Positions 1-9,563 of a stretch of DNA of 64,000 nt are shown piece after piece. The stretch spans positions 7,652 through 71,651 of IMG/VR virus record IMGVR_UViG_3300049142_000060; one strand, given 5' to 3'. Below the pieces are notes generated by a model. That model was not told the DNA's origin. It made no database searches and was given only the letters and a program-made list of their open reading frames with translations. The position numbers and the translations under genes were made by a program. Positions within the stretch are counted from its first letter, which is position 1. Each line of letters starts with the position of its first letter. This DNA comes from a virus (Duplodnaviria > Caudoviricetes).

Positions 1-10
1 CAACCCGGAC

Positions 11-250
11 GTGTGGGACGGCCACGTGCCCGACCATCTTGCCCAACCGGCCAAGGGCGGCGAGGGCGCCCGCCAGGGCGATGAGGTGTCCGCCCAGAAG
101 GGCGGGGGCCAGGCTCCGCCTCGGGCCGGCAAGGGGTCAGGGCGTGACGCCTGGGCCGCCTACGCCGCCGAGCGCGGCGTTCAGGTGGACGACGATGCCT
201 CGCGGGACGACATCATCGACCAACTCACCGAGCGCGGACTCATCGACTGA
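11..250 (+). CDS. small head-region protein with C-terminal HeH/Rho-N-like motif (start uncertain)
   Basis: ORF ends ...WAAYAAERGVQVDDDASRDDIIDQL; stop overlaps next ATG. Confidence 0.5.
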   Translation: MWDGHVPDHLAQPAKGGEGARQGDEVSAQKGGGQAPPRAGKGSGRDAWAAYAAERGVQVDDDASRDDIIDQLTERGLID

Positions 251-627
251 TGGCGTACGCGACGCTCGCCGACTACGAGGCACGCCACGGCAGCGTCTGC
301 TCCTCCGAGCAGATCAACCAGGTAACGGCGCTGCTGGAGGACGCCTCTGCGCTCATCGCGGCGATCCTGCCTGCCGGATACACACCGGCGGTGGAACTGA
401 CCCGTGCGGTCGCGGTCTCGGTGGCGTGGCGCGGAATCACCAACCCGGGCGGACTACGGGCGCGGACGGTCGGCGGCGTCTCGGAGTCGTACGGCGAGGA
501 CGGCGGCCTGTACCTGACCGATGCCGAGCAGCGGATGCTGCTGGCCGCCTACAACGCCGATCACTCCACCGCCTACACCGTGGAACTCCGCGACGACGGC
601 CTGCGCCGCCCTTCGTGTAGGTGGTGA
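250..627 (+). CDS. head-to-tail adaptor
   Basis: MAYATLADYEAR...ALLEDASALI...GGVSESY...GLYLTDAE pattern of actinophage adaptors; position. Confidence 0.75.
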   Translation: MAYATLADYEARHGSVCSSEQINQVTALLEDASALIAAILPAGYTPAVELTRAVAVSVAWRGITNPGGLRARTVGGVSESYGEDGGLYLTDAEQRMLLAAYNADHSTAYTVELRDDGLRRPSCRW

Positions 628-959
628 CAGGGGTGTTCACCGGAGGTCAGTCCATCACGCTTGTGCGCCGAGTCGAATCCGGCCGCGACGCGCACGGCAA
701 CCCGGTCTACACGCAGACCCGCAGCACAGTGGGCGGCTGCTCGGTGCAGCCGCTCACCAGTAGCGAGCAGCTCGCTGGCAATGTCCAGGTGCAGGGCCGC
801 TGGCGGCTGTTCGCTCCCGCCGGCCTGGACCTGGATGGCATCGACGCGATCGAGTCGGGCGGGCTGACATTCGAGGTCGACGGCGAAGCCCAAGAATGGC
901 CTGACCTAGCCGGGCGTCGTGACCATGTCGAGGTGTTCCTGAGGAGAGTGACCGGGTGA
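621..959 (+). CDS. head-to-tail stopper / head closure protein
   Basis: TLVRRV...DAHGNPVY...GCSVQP...LTFEVDGEAQEW pattern; synteny. Confidence 0.7.
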   Translation: MVTGVFTGGQSITLVRRVESGRDAHGNPVYTQTRSTVGGCSVQPLTSSEQLAGNVQVQGRWRLFAPAGLDLDGIDAIESGGLTFEVDGEAQEWPDLAGRRDHVEVFLRRVTG

Positions 960-2077
960 GGATCCTCGCCAGGCTGCACGCATACCCGCCCGTCCACAAC
1001 GCGGGCGCCGAATGGGCGGCGCACGCACTCCTTCGGGCGCTCGCCCAGCGCGGACACCGGGTGGAGGTGTGGCTTTCGGAGGTGGCGGGCCGCATCCCGT
1101 TCGACCTCGACGGAGTGCACGTCATCCCGGCTGCCCCTGCCCAGGACTTCTCCCAGGCAGTACGCACCAGCGACGTGGTTGTCTCGCATCTGGAGAACGT
1201 CCGCGCGGCCGCGGCCGCGGCCCGAGGGTGGGGCAAGCCGCTGGTGGTGTTGTGCCACAACACCTTCCCAGCGACCTTCCGCGCGGTCGGATCCGGCACG
1301 ACCGCCCTGGCCGTCTACAACAGTCAGTGGATGGCTGAGGCTGCGGCACGGCACTTCGCCGAGCACCCCGACCTTGTCCGCCCGGACCGGGAGGTCGTGG
1401 TCCGGCCTATCGTCAACGCCGACGACTACCGAACTACACCCGGAGACGCCGTCACGCTGGTGAACCTCTACCAGCCGAAGGGCGCCGACCTGTTCTGGCG
1501 GCTGGCCGAGGCCATGCCCGAGCGGCGGTTCCTTGCAGTGCGAGGCTCCTATGGCGAGCAGGTCGAGAAGGACCTGCCGAACGTCGAGATCATCGACAAC
1601 GTGCCCGGCGACCAGATGGCAGAGCGGGTCTTCGCCCGCACCCGGGTACTGCTCATGCCGTCGACGTACGAGTCGTGGGGCCGCGTCGGCGTCGAGGCGC
1701 TCGCTTCCGGCATCCCGGTGATCGCCCACCCGACATCCGGCCTTCGCGAGTCCCTCGGCGACGCAGGCATCTTCGTGGACCGTGACGACGTGGACGCCTG
1801 GGCAGGGGAACTGCGCCGTCTCGACGACGCGGAGGTGTGGCAGAGCGCGGCGGAGGCGGCCAAGCAGCGGTCTCAGGAGCTTGATCCGTCTGAGGACCTC
1901 GCGGTGTGGTGCGAAGCCGTGGAAGGTCTGGTCAGCGCCAGCCCTGCGGCGGCGGCCCCTGCGGCGGCGGTGGAGCCTGCCCGAGCAGCCGCGCCTTCTG
2001 CCACTCGAACTCGTCCCGCGTCATCGCGCCGGCCTGCACGAGCTGCCACATCTGCCCAAGCTGATCAGCCACAGTAG
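956..2077 (+). CDS. glycosyltransferase family 4 (GT-B)
   Basis: MRILARLHAYPP...GAE; YESWGRVGVEALASGIPVIAH (EX7E); GLRESLGDAG. Confidence 0.85.
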   Translation: MRILARLHAYPPVHNAGAEWAAHALLRALAQRGHRVEVWLSEVAGRIPFDLDGVHVIPAAPAQDFSQAVRTSDVVVSHLENVRAAAAAARGWGKPLVVLCHNTFPATFRAVGSGTTALAVYNSQWMAEAAARHFAEHPDLVRPDREVVVRPIVNADDYRTTPGDAVTLVNLYQPKGADLFWRLAEAMPERRFLAVRGSYGEQVEKDLPNVEIIDNVPGDQMAERVFARTRVLLMPSTYESWGRVGVEALASGIPVIAHPTSGLRESLGDAGIFVDRDDVDAWAGELRRLDDAEVWQSAAEAAKQRSQELDPSEDLAVWCEAVEGLVSASPAAAAPAAAVEPARAAAPSATRTRPASSRRPARAATSAQADQPQ

Positions 2078-2441
2078 GTGCCTGCTGCACCGGCTGCTGC
2101 TGAGGGGCGTGCAAACGGGCGATCTCGTACTCGATCGCTCGGGCCAACTGCTCGAACTCGGCCTGCTGGCTGCGCCGGAACACGACACTGTTCTCATCAT
2201 TGACGGCGTCCGCGGTCTGACGGCCGAACCGGCCGCGGCGTTCCACGCCTCCAGCAATGCCGAACTGGATGAACCCGTTGTTGATCGGGCCGGCAGGCTT
2301 GATCTGAACGGACGCGATCTGGCTGATGTGGATCCGCTTGTCGGCGTTGCCCACGACGAAGCGGGTCAGCCCGCGATGGCTGATCGTGACGAACTGGCCG
2401 TCGAACTCCACGCATCCGCCTAAATGGCCCTGTGCACGCAT
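1932..2441 (-). CDS. DUF4429-like (PH-fold) protein with SHOCT domain
   Basis: KRIHISQIASVQIKPAG...GFIQF...DENSVVF; SHOCT-like DQLGQMWQLVQAGAMTRDEFEWQKARLL. Confidence 0.7.
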   Translation of the reverse strand: MRAQGHLGGCVEFDGQFVTISHRGLTRFVVGNADKRIHISQIASVQIKPAGPINNGFIQFGIAGGVERRGRFGRQTADAVNDENSVVFRRSQQAEFEQLARAIEYEIARLHAPQQQPVQQAPTVADQLGQMWQLVQAGAMTRDEFEWQKARLLGQAPPPPQGPPPQGWR

Positions 2442-2509
2442 TGCGCTTCTCCTCCCGGTAGCCCCCTAAGACGCTTTCGTACCGCACCTGGTTGACGCGG
2501 GAGGTGTAA

Positions 2510-2812
2510 ATGGCTCAGCGGGCACGCTTCACGCCTGACTACAAGGGCGTTGGACGAATCCTCCGCTCTCGACAGATGCAGCGGGAGATGCAGCAGGTCG
2601 CCGAGCAGGTCAAGTCGAAGGCCGAGGCCATCGCACCCCGCGACAGCGGCCAGTACGCGGCTTCATTCCGCGTCGAAGTCGGTGTTCGGGAGGACAACTC
2701 CCGGGCACAGGCGAAGGTCATCAACGACGACCCGATCGCCTCCTACGTGGAATGGGGCACGTCGCGGACGCCGCGCCACCGCGTGCTTGGCAGGGCGGCC
2801 GGCTTCGAATGA
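2510..2812 (+). CDS. HK97 gp10-like neck protein
   Basis: AEAIAPRDSGQYAASF...YVEWGTSR...HRVLGRA; GGAGG RBS. Confidence 0.75.
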   Translation: MAQRARFTPDYKGVGRILRSRQMQREMQQVAEQVKSKAEAIAPRDSGQYAASFRVEVGVREDNSRAQAKVINDDPIASYVEWGTSRTPRHRVLGRAAGFE

Positions 2813-3186
2813 TCGACATCGAAGCAGTGCTCATCGCCTGGCTCGAAGCTCACGTGGACGACGTACGCGCCTCGACGGAGACACCGCCGGATCTGGACAG
2901 TCGCCTGCCCTGGCTGCAGGTCGTGCGCCTTGGCGGCCCGTACGACGGATTCCGCCGCGACCAGCCCACCGTCGACATCGTCGCTTTCGCCAGCAACGGA
3001 CCCGCCGCGTCCTCGCTCGCGCTCCAGGTACAAGACCTCTTGCATGAGCAACTCGAAGGCTCCGTTGCTGGGGGAGCGGTAATCAACCGGATCGACACCG
3101 TCACCGGGCCCCACCACGTGCCGTACGACAACCCGGGGATGCGCCGCTACGAGGCCACCTATCGGCTCGTCGTCCATCCCGCATAA
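2809..3186 (+). CDS. tail terminator
   Basis: start moved to ATG overlapping gp10 stop (ATGA); PWLQVVRLGG...PTVDIVAF...RRYEATYRL. Confidence 0.7.
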   Translation: MIDIEAVLIAWLEAHVDDVRASTETPPDLDSRLPWLQVVRLGGPYDGFRRDQPTVDIVAFASNGPAASSLALQVQDLLHEQLEGSVAGGAVINRIDTVTGPHHVPYDNPGMRRYEATYRLVVHPA

Positions 3187-3199
3187 CCCCGATCTGATC

Positions 3200-3236
3200 A
3201 GCCCCGGCGCCGCCCCGGCCCGGGGCTTTCGCATGT
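3200..3236 (+). terminator. GC hairpin + TTTCGCATGT (late-type terminator, copy 1)
   Basis: AGCCCCGG...CCGGGGCT followed by TTTCGCATGT. Confidence 0.6.
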
Positions 3237-3264
3237 CCGGACCAGTGAGATCTAGGAGCTCATC

Positions 3265-3849
3265 ATGGCCAACATCATCCGCGCTGCCGATCTCGCGCTG
3301 GTCGGCAGCAACGGCGGCGCCTGGGTGGCGCCGCTGGGGACCGCCCAGCCGACCGACCCCGCCGCAGCGCCGACCGGGGCGTGGCTGGCGATCGGCGCCA
3401 TCAGCGAGGATGGTCTGACCAACGGTGTGGACGAGGACTCCGAGAGCTTCACGCCGTGGGGCCTTAACTCGCCGTTCCGGACCGTCGTCACGTCTTCGGT
3501 GCGCACGTTCTCGTTCACCGCGTGGGAGACGATGCGCCCCATCGTCCGGTCCCTCCACTACCGGGTGGCCGTGGCCAGCCTCGCCCCGGACGTCGACGGG
3601 ATCACCACGTTCGCCGAAACCGCCACCCAGGCGCCCGACCGGCGCTCGTGGCTGTTCGACGTCTACGACGGCACCACCTGGGAGCGGTTCTACGTCCCCG
3701 AGGGCGAGATCACCGAACGCAACGAGGTCACCTACGCGCAAGGTGAGATGTCCGGCTACGAGTGGACCATCTCCACCTACCCGGACGCCCTGAACAACCT
3801 TGTCTACCACAGCTACTACGCCCCCGCGGTTGAGGAGTACATGTCCTGA
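3265..3849 (+). CDS. major tail protein
   Basis: GAWLAIGAISEDGLT...SESFTPWG...RTFSFTAWET...YEWTISTYPD. Confidence 0.85.
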   Translation: MANIIRAADLALVGSNGGAWVAPLGTAQPTDPAAAPTGAWLAIGAISEDGLTNGVDEDSESFTPWGLNSPFRTVVTSSVRTFSFTAWETMRPIVRSLHYRVAVASLAPDVDGITTFAETATQAPDRRSWLFDVYDGTTWERFYVPEGEITERNEVTYAQGEMSGYEWTISTYPDALNNLVYHSYYAPAVEEYMS

Positions 3850-4175
3850 TGGCAACCCCGAAGAAGATCATCAACCAGGCCGGTGAGCCGGTCTCGATGT
3901 TCTCGCTGCGCGCCCGCAAGCGGGAGGCGACGCAGGAGCCGTTCGTGTTCGACGTGGATGGCGAGTACTTCACCATGCGGTCGCCGGCCTCGGCGGACTG
4001 GCAGGTCACCGCCGACCTCGGCACGGGCGAAGGCAGCCTGCGCAAGTACGTGGCCGAGCTGCTCGGCGAGGACTATGAGCGGTTCTGCAAGCTGCCGGAC
4101 ATTTCGGCGGAGGACATCAACGCGCTGATTGAGGCCGCGACCAAGCACTACACCGGAGCGTCTCGGGGGGAATAG
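3849..4175 (+). CDS. tail assembly chaperone (G)
   Basis: position after MTP; ends at slippery GGGGGGAA-TAG. Confidence 0.75.
   Translation: MATPKKIINQAGEPVSMFSLRARKREATQEPFVFDVDGEYFTMRSPASADWQVTADLGTGEGSLRKYVAELLGEDYERFCKLPDISAEDINALIEAATKHYTGASRGE
4165..4172 (+). other. -1 programmed frameshift site GGGGGAA
   Basis: a -1 shift here opens into the frame of ORF 4232-4690 (GIAGLAVLLAENYDDVEADLWMH...) with no stop. Confidence 0.8.
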
Positions 4176-4690
4176 CCGGCCTCGCCGTCCTGCTCGCCGA
4201 AAACTACGATGACGTCGAGGCTGACCTGTGGATGCACTGCCGTATTGACGTGCGTGATCTTTGGAGGGAGGGAGGCGGCGAATCGCGGCTGAGCTGGCGG
4301 TTGCTGGGGAACCTGGTTCGCCATCTGCCGCCCGAGTCCGCAACCAAGACGGCGTTACGCAACCGGATGAGTGACGCCGAGATCGCCCAGGCCGCGAAGT
4401 CGGCCGACCCGTCTCAGGGGCAGTGGTCGCAACTGGAGATGCTGATGGCCAGCGTCAGCGACAAGCTGAGTTGGCTGCTCCACATCACGCTGGTGGCCAA
4501 GGGCGGCAAGCCGAAGAAGCCCGAGCCGACACCACGCCCCGGCGTGAAGGCGAAAGGCAAGAAGACCCGCCCCGCGCTCACACCTGACCAGGCTGAAGCC
4601 GTGATGCGCCGCATCAACGGCGGTGACCTTCCTGGGCGATGGCTGCAGAGCAGGCCAGGGCGAGCAACCGACCAGCCACACCCGCACTGA
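4169..4690 (+). CDS. tail assembly chaperone frameshift extension (T part of GT)
   Basis: open -1 frame from the slippery site to TGA 4690; immediately before tape measure. Confidence 0.7.
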   Translation, partial: GIAGLAVLLAENYDDVEADLWMHCRIDVRDLWREGGGESRLSWRLLGNLVRHLPPESATKTALRNRMSDAEIAQAAKSADPSQGQWSQLEMLMASVSDKLSWLLHITLVAKGGKPKKPEPTPRPGVKAKGKKTRPALTPDQAEAVMRRINGGDLPGRWLQSRPGRATDQPHPH

Positions 4691-4729
4691 ATCCGCCCAC
4701 CCGCCCACGCCTGAAAGGGAGGTGGGCTG

Positions 4730-7700
4730 GTGGCTGAGTTCCAGGCCGGTCAAGTCGTCGTCCCGGTCATCCCGTCCGCGCAGAACTTCATCAAAGACCT
4801 GAAGAAGCAGGTCATCGCTGGTGCCTACCCGCTGGGGCAGGAGATCGGCAAGGAGATCCAGCGCGGCATCTCCGACCAGATGAAGGGCATCTACGAGCCC
4901 TTCAAGGAGGAGACACAGAAGCAGCGCCGCCAGGCGCCCAAGGACGGCGCCGAGGTAGGTGGCGCATTCGCGACAGGCTTCAAGAAGCGCCTCGAAGCCG
5001 CTCTGAAGACTCTGCCGAAGGTCGAGCTGGACGCTGATGCCAGCCCCGCGCAGAAGCGCGTCCAGGAGCTGCGGACCCAGCTTGCCGCTCTGGCGGACAA
5101 GAAGGTCGGCGTTGACATCGACGCTGAGGCAGCCGTCACCGAACTGCGCACGATCAAGTCGCAGCTACAGGAGCTGGAGCAGACCGCCGACATCGCGGTC
5201 CGGGCTGATGTTGGCGCCGCACTAGCCCAGCTCAACACGCTGGATGCGGCAGTGACCAAGCTGGAAGGCGAGACCGCCACTGTCGAAGTGGACGTGGACG
5301 CCGGAGAGGCGGCCACTGAGCTGGCGGCGACCGAGGTCGAAGTAGCCCGCCTTGACGGGCGCACGGCCAACGTCCAGGTTGACGTGGACGCCGCCGGCGC
5401 CTTGGCGCAACTCGGTCTCGTCACCGCGGCTCTGGCGGCTCTACCGGCCGTAGCAGCCGCAGGCTTGGGCGTAGGCGGACTGGCTGGGGCGGCAGCCGTG
5501 GCCGGCGTAGGCATGGGCGCCTTGGCCGCGGTCGCGATCCCCAGCATTACCCGCATCAACGACGCGATGAAGGCCCAGGAGCAGGCGACCAAGGCCGCCC
5601 AGTCGGCCACCGCCAGCGCCGCGGGCACCGCTCAGCAGGCAGCGATCCAGGCCTTGAACATGGCTGCCGCCGAGCAGCGGGTGGTCGACGCCAAGAAGGC
5701 GGCCAAGGATGCTGAGGACGAACTGACGCGCGCCCGGCAGGAGGCGAAGCGGGCCGCCGAAGACCTGAACCGGGCGGTCGCCGCCTCGGCGCTGTCTCAG
5801 GAGGATGCCGCGCTCGCCGTGCGCGAGGCCGAGGCCGAGCTGGATCGGGTCAGGTCCGACCCCAAGGCGACGGATCTGCAGCGGGAGCGCGCAGAGCTGT
5901 CCTACCGGCAGGCCGTGGCCCGCTTGGAGGATGAGCGGGTCCGGACCAAGCGTCTCCAGGACGAGAAGAAGGCCGCGGACAAGGCCGGCATCGACGGGTC
6001 GAAGCAGGTTGTCGCCGCCCGCGACAAGATCGCTCAGGCTAATAAGCGGGTCGAGGACGCCGAACGCCAACTGAAGATCATGCAGCTTCAAGCTGCGGCA
6101 GCGGCCAAGACGGCCTCGGCGGCTCAACGTGGCACGGTCGCCGAGATGGTGAAGTTGTCGCCGGCGGCGGCCACCGCAGCCCGGCAGATCCAGGCGTTCA
6201 AGGACGCCTACCTGGCGTGGCAGCAGAAGCTTGAACCCGCGGTTCTACCAGCGGTGACCGGCGCGCTGAAGGTGCTGCAGGGCCTGTTCAACCCGCTCGC
6301 CCCGGTCATCAAGGGCGTCTCCGGTGCTTTGGTCGGGCTGGAGAAGGACGCATCGAAGGCGCTGGGCGGCAAGTTCTGGACGGACTTCTTCGCCCAGATC
6401 AGCAAGCAGGCACCTGGCGCGGTCACCGGTTTCGGCAAGGCGCTGATGGACGTCGGCACCGGGGTGGCCGGCGTCGTCAAGGCGTTCCTGCCGTTCGTCC
6501 CCACCATCGTGGGCGGCATTCAGAAGATCGCCTCCGGGTTCGCAGCCTGGGGCAAGGGGCTCGGCCAGTCCTCAGCCTTCAAGACCTTCGTGTCGTTCGC
6601 CGCGGCCCAAGTGCCCAAACTGATCGCGCTGTTCAAGAATGTCGGAGCGGCGATCGGCAACATCGTCTCAGCCCTCGCGCCGTTCGGATCAGCCGCCCTA
6701 TCAGGAATCTCGGCCCTGGTTGGCTGGATAGCGAAGCTGAGCCCATCGGCGATCCAGGCCATCGCCATCGCGATCGGCGGGATCGTCCTAGGGGTCAAGG
6801 CGTGGGCGATTGCTCAGCGGGTGCTCAACGTCGTCCTGTCGAAGAACCCGATCGGCCTGATCATCACGGCGATCGGGCTGCTCGTGGCCGGCCTGACGTA
6901 CGCCTACCAGAACAGCGAGACCTTCCGGAACATCGTCGACCAAGCCTTCAAGGTCATCGGTCAGGTAGCGACCTGGCTGTGGACCAATGTGCTCCAGCCG
7001 GTGTTCCAGGCCCTGGTCGCCCTGTGGCAGAACGTGGTCGCCCCCGCGGTGACCTGGCTCTGGCAGACGATCATCAAGCCGGCTTTCGAAGCGATCGGCG
7101 CTGTCATCGCCTGGGCATGGGAGAACGTCATCAAGCCGGCGGTGGCTGCGCTAGTGCTGTACTGGCAAAACATCCTCGCACCGGTGATCACCTGGTTGTG
7201 GCAGAACATCGTCAAGCCGGCGTTCGACGCCATCGGCGCTGTGATCAAGTGGGCGTGGGAGAACCTGATCAAGCCTGCCGTAGCGGCGCTCGTCCTGTAC
7301 TGGAAGGTGGTCCTCGGCCCGGCGATCTCGTGGCTGTGGAACAACGTCGTCAAACCGGCGTGGGACGCCATCTCCAAGGCAGTCAAGTGGGCGTGGGAGA
7401 ACGTCATCAAGCCGGCCGTCGCCGCCCTTGTCCTGTACTGGAAGACCATCCTCGGCCCAGCCATCTCCTGGTTGTGGAACAACGTGGTCAAGCCAGCCTG
7501 GGATGGGATCTCGGCAGGCATCAAAACCGCTTGGGAGAAGGTCATCCAGCCCGCGGTCAAGGCGTTCTGGACCTTCATCAGCGAGACCCTGCCGAACGGT
7601 TTCAAGCGCGGCGTCGAACTGATCGGCAAGTTCTGGGACGGCCTCAAGGAGGTCGCTAGGAAGCCGGTCAACTTCGTGATCGAAACCGTCTACAACGGCG

Positions 7701-8737
7701 GCATCGTCAAGCTGTGGAACGTCGTCGCTGACGCTCTCGGGCTCAAGGACAAGAAGCTGTCCCCGATCCCGGCGCTGGCCACGGGCGGCATCCTTCCTGG
7801 CTACACACCAGGAAAGGACGTTGGCATCGCCGCGGTGTCCGGTGGCGAGGCGGTGATGCGGCCAGAGTGGACCCGCGCTGTGGGCTCGGACTTCGTGCAC
7901 GGCGCCAACAAGGCAGCCCGCTCCGGCGGCATCTCCGGCGCCGCAAACTTCATGAGGGAACGCTTCGTGGGTGGGTTCGCCAGCGGCGGCATCGTCGGCG
8001 ACATCCTCGCCCAGGGCGTGCGAATCGGGGCCGAGAAGTTGCTCAACCCGATCCTGGACAAGGCGGCCGAGGCGATGGGCGGCTCCCAGTGGGGGCAGAT
8101 GCTCGTCTCCTGGCCGAAGAAGATGGTCGCCGACGTCATCAAATTCCTCGAAGGCAAGGAAGCTGCGGCCGGCGGTGCGGGAGCTGGTAAGGCGCTGGCG
8201 TTCGCGCGGGCGCAGATCGGCAAGGACTATCAGTGGGGCGCTACGGGCCCGAACACCTTCGACTGCTCCGGCCTGACCATGCGGGCGTGGCAGGCGGGCG
8301 GGCGGAAGGACATCCCGCGAACCTCGCAGCAGCAGATGGGCTGGGTGCAGCAGGTGAACAAGCCTGTCCCAGGTGCGCTGGGCTTCCCGCACCCGGGACA
8401 CGTGTGGATGTACGTCAACCCGAACACCATCATCGAGGCCCCGCAGACCGGCCTCAAGGTCCGCCAGGTGGCCGCGCGCGCCGCTCAGGTGATCGGAGTC
8501 CCGCCCGCAAAGTACGACTCGGGCGGCTACCTGCCGACCGGGCACAGCCTGGTCTACAACGGCACTGGCCGGCCTGAGCCGGTGCTCACCGACCAGCAGT
8601 GGCAGTCCATGGCAGGCGCTACCAGAGGCGGCGACGGCCCTCTCGTCAACATCGATGAGTTCCACGCCACCCCTCAGCAGTCGCCGCAGTCGATCGCGCG
8701 GGAGCTGTACTGGCTGTCCAAGAGTCGGCCCCGCTGA
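4730..8737 (+). CDS. tape measure protein with C-terminal NlpC/P60 peptidase domain
   Basis: 1335 aa, Ala-rich coiled coil, Trp-rich repeats, GKDYQWGATGPNTFDCSGLT...HVWMY. Confidence 0.9.
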   Translation: MAEFQAGQVVVPVIPSAQNFIKDLKKQVIAGAYPLGQEIGKEIQRGISDQMKGIYEPFKEETQKQRRQAPKDGAEVGGAFATGFKKRLEAALKTLPKVELDADASPAQKRVQELRTQLAALADKKVGVDIDAEAAVTELRTIKSQLQELEQTADIAVRADVGAALAQLNTLDAAVTKLEGETATVEVDVDAGEAATELAATEVEVARLDGRTANVQVDVDAAGALAQLGLVTAALAALPAVAAAGLGVGGLAGAAAVAGVGMGALAAVAIPSITRINDAMKAQEQATKAAQSATASAAGTAQQAAIQALNMAAAEQRVVDAKKAAKDAEDELTRARQEAKRAAEDLNRAVAASALSQEDAALAVREAEAELDRVRSDPKATDLQRERAELSYRQAVARLEDERVRTKRLQDEKKAADKAGIDGSKQVVAARDKIAQANKRVEDAERQLKIMQLQAAAAAKTASAAQRGTVAEMVKLSPAAATAARQIQAFKDAYLAWQQKLEPAVLPAVTGALKVLQGLFNPLAPVIKGVSGALVGLEKDASKALGGKFWTDFFAQISKQAPGAVTGFGKALMDVGTGVAGVVKAFLPFVPTIVGGIQKIASGFAAWGKGLGQSSAFKTFVSFAAAQVPKLIALFKNVGAAIGNIVSALAPFGSAALSGISALVGWIAKLSPSAIQAIAIAIGGIVLGVKAWAIAQRVLNVVLSKNPIGLIITAIGLLVAGLTYAYQNSETFRNIVDQAFKVIGQVATWLWTNVLQPVFQALVALWQNVVAPAVTWLWQTIIKPAFEAIGAVIAWAWENVIKPAVAALVLYWQNILAPVITWLWQNIVKPAFDAIGAVIKWAWENLIKPAVAALVLYWKVVLGPAISWLWNNVVKPAWDAISKAVKWAWENVIKPAVAALVLYWKTILGPAISWLWNNVVKPAWDGISAGIKTAWEKVIQPAVKAFWTFISETLPNGFKRGVELIGKFWDGLKEVARKPVNFVIETVYNGGIVKLWNVVADALGLKDKKLSPIPALATGGILPGYTPGKDVGIAAVSGGEAVMRPEWTRAVGSDFVHGANKAARSGGISGAANFMRERFVGGFASGGIVGDILAQGVRIGAEKLLNPILDKAAEAMGGSQWGQMLVSWPKKMVADVIKFLEGKEAAAGGAGAGKALAFARAQIGKDYQWGATGPNTFDCSGLTMRAWQAGGRKDIPRTSQQQMGWVQQVNKPVPGALGFPHPGHVWMYVNPNTIIEAPQTGLKVRQVAARAAQVIGVPPAKYDSGGYLPTGHSLVYNGTGRPEPVLTDQQWQSMAGATRGGDGPLVNIDEFHATPQQSPQSIARELYWLSKSRPR
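7000..7570 (+). repeat. 138-bp (46-aa) Trp-rich tandem repeats in tape measure gene
   Basis: WLW(Q/N)N..KPA recurs with TGG at 7199, 7337 and 7475. Confidence 0.7.
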
Positions 8738-8769
8738 CCACCCCACCACAAGAAGGAGGCGGCATAGCC

Positions 8770-9021
8770 GTGCCCTGGACACCCGAATCGGGTCAGACGT
8801 TCGGCTCCTACATGCGCGGCGGCGAACCCCTCGGCGAGGGCCGCACCGCCGACGTGGTGACCGGCGAGCGGACCTGGGCCACCAAGGACCAGGTCCGCGA
8901 GGGCCGCACCGAGGACGGTAGCCGCTACAAGACCACCACCGACCAACTCGGCAACCGCGTGACCGAACGCACGGACGGCCGAGGCCGGCAGCGCAAGGAC
9001 GTCAACATCATTCTCAGATAG
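8770..9021 (+). CDS. hypothetical protein
   Basis: 83 aa ORF with AGGAGG upstream. Confidence 0.55.
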   Translation: MPWTPESGQTFGSYMRGGEPLGEGRTADVVTGERTWATKDQVREGRTEDGSRYKTTTDQLGNRVTERTDGRGRQRKDVNIILR

Positions 9022-9030
9022 GAGGCGTCT

Positions 9031-9498
9031 GTGGCGCTGACCCAAGACGGCTGGTTCAACGACACCATGGTCAAGGCGCTGTCCAACACGATCGCGTTGA
9101 ACCTGGCCGACACCACGCCCGGCACATTCAAAGGCGCCCTGTACGAGGAGACAGCCACCCCCAACTTCTCGCAAGTCAACCCCGCCTACGGGACAGCTCC
9201 GCTGAACGCCGACGAGTCGTCCGGGCCCGGCTACACCGCGGGCGGCAGCAACCTGACCGTGGTGTCCTTCGCGGAACTGGCCTCGGCAGCGAACAAGCTC
9301 GGCTGGAAGCTGAACGCGATCGAGTGGACCGAGTCCACCATCGACGCCGCCGGGCTGCTCATCTACGTGCCGGCCCTCAGCAACAGAGCGGTGCTGATGC
9401 GCTACTTCGGCCAGGAGTACTCCACCGCCGACGGGACCTTCTCCGTCACGTTCGCCACTGACGGCGTGTGGCGGCAGGTCCTGCGCAACACCGCCTGA
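9031..9498 (+). CDS. putative virion structural protein
   Basis: GGAGG RBS; FKGALY...GPGYTAGG...DGTFSVTF pattern; in tail module. Confidence 0.55.
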   Translation: MALTQDGWFNDTMVKALSNTIALNLADTTPGTFKGALYEETATPNFSQVNPAYGTAPLNADESSGPGYTAGGSNLTVVSFAELASAANKLGWKLNAIEWTESTIDAAGLLIYVPALSNRAVLMRYFGQEYSTADGTFSVTFATDGVWRQVLRNTA

Positions 9499-9519
9499 CC
9501 CGATCCGCTTACGACTCTC

Positions 9520-9550
9520 GCCCGAGCCTTCGGCCGGGCCTTTCGCATGT
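9520..9550 (+). terminator. hairpin + TTTCGCATGT (copy 2)
   Basis: GCCCG...CGGGC followed by TTTCGCATGT. Confidence 0.55.
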
Positions 9551-9563
9551 TAGGAGGCCGATC

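Noticed and set aside
7151-8782. Long antisense ORFs (also 707-1729, 16083-17402, 19331-20188, 20011-21411, 26501-27598 and similar)
   Set aside because: Shadow ORFs of high-GC genes: Arg/Pro/Gly-rich, no motifs, and opposite well-supported genes.
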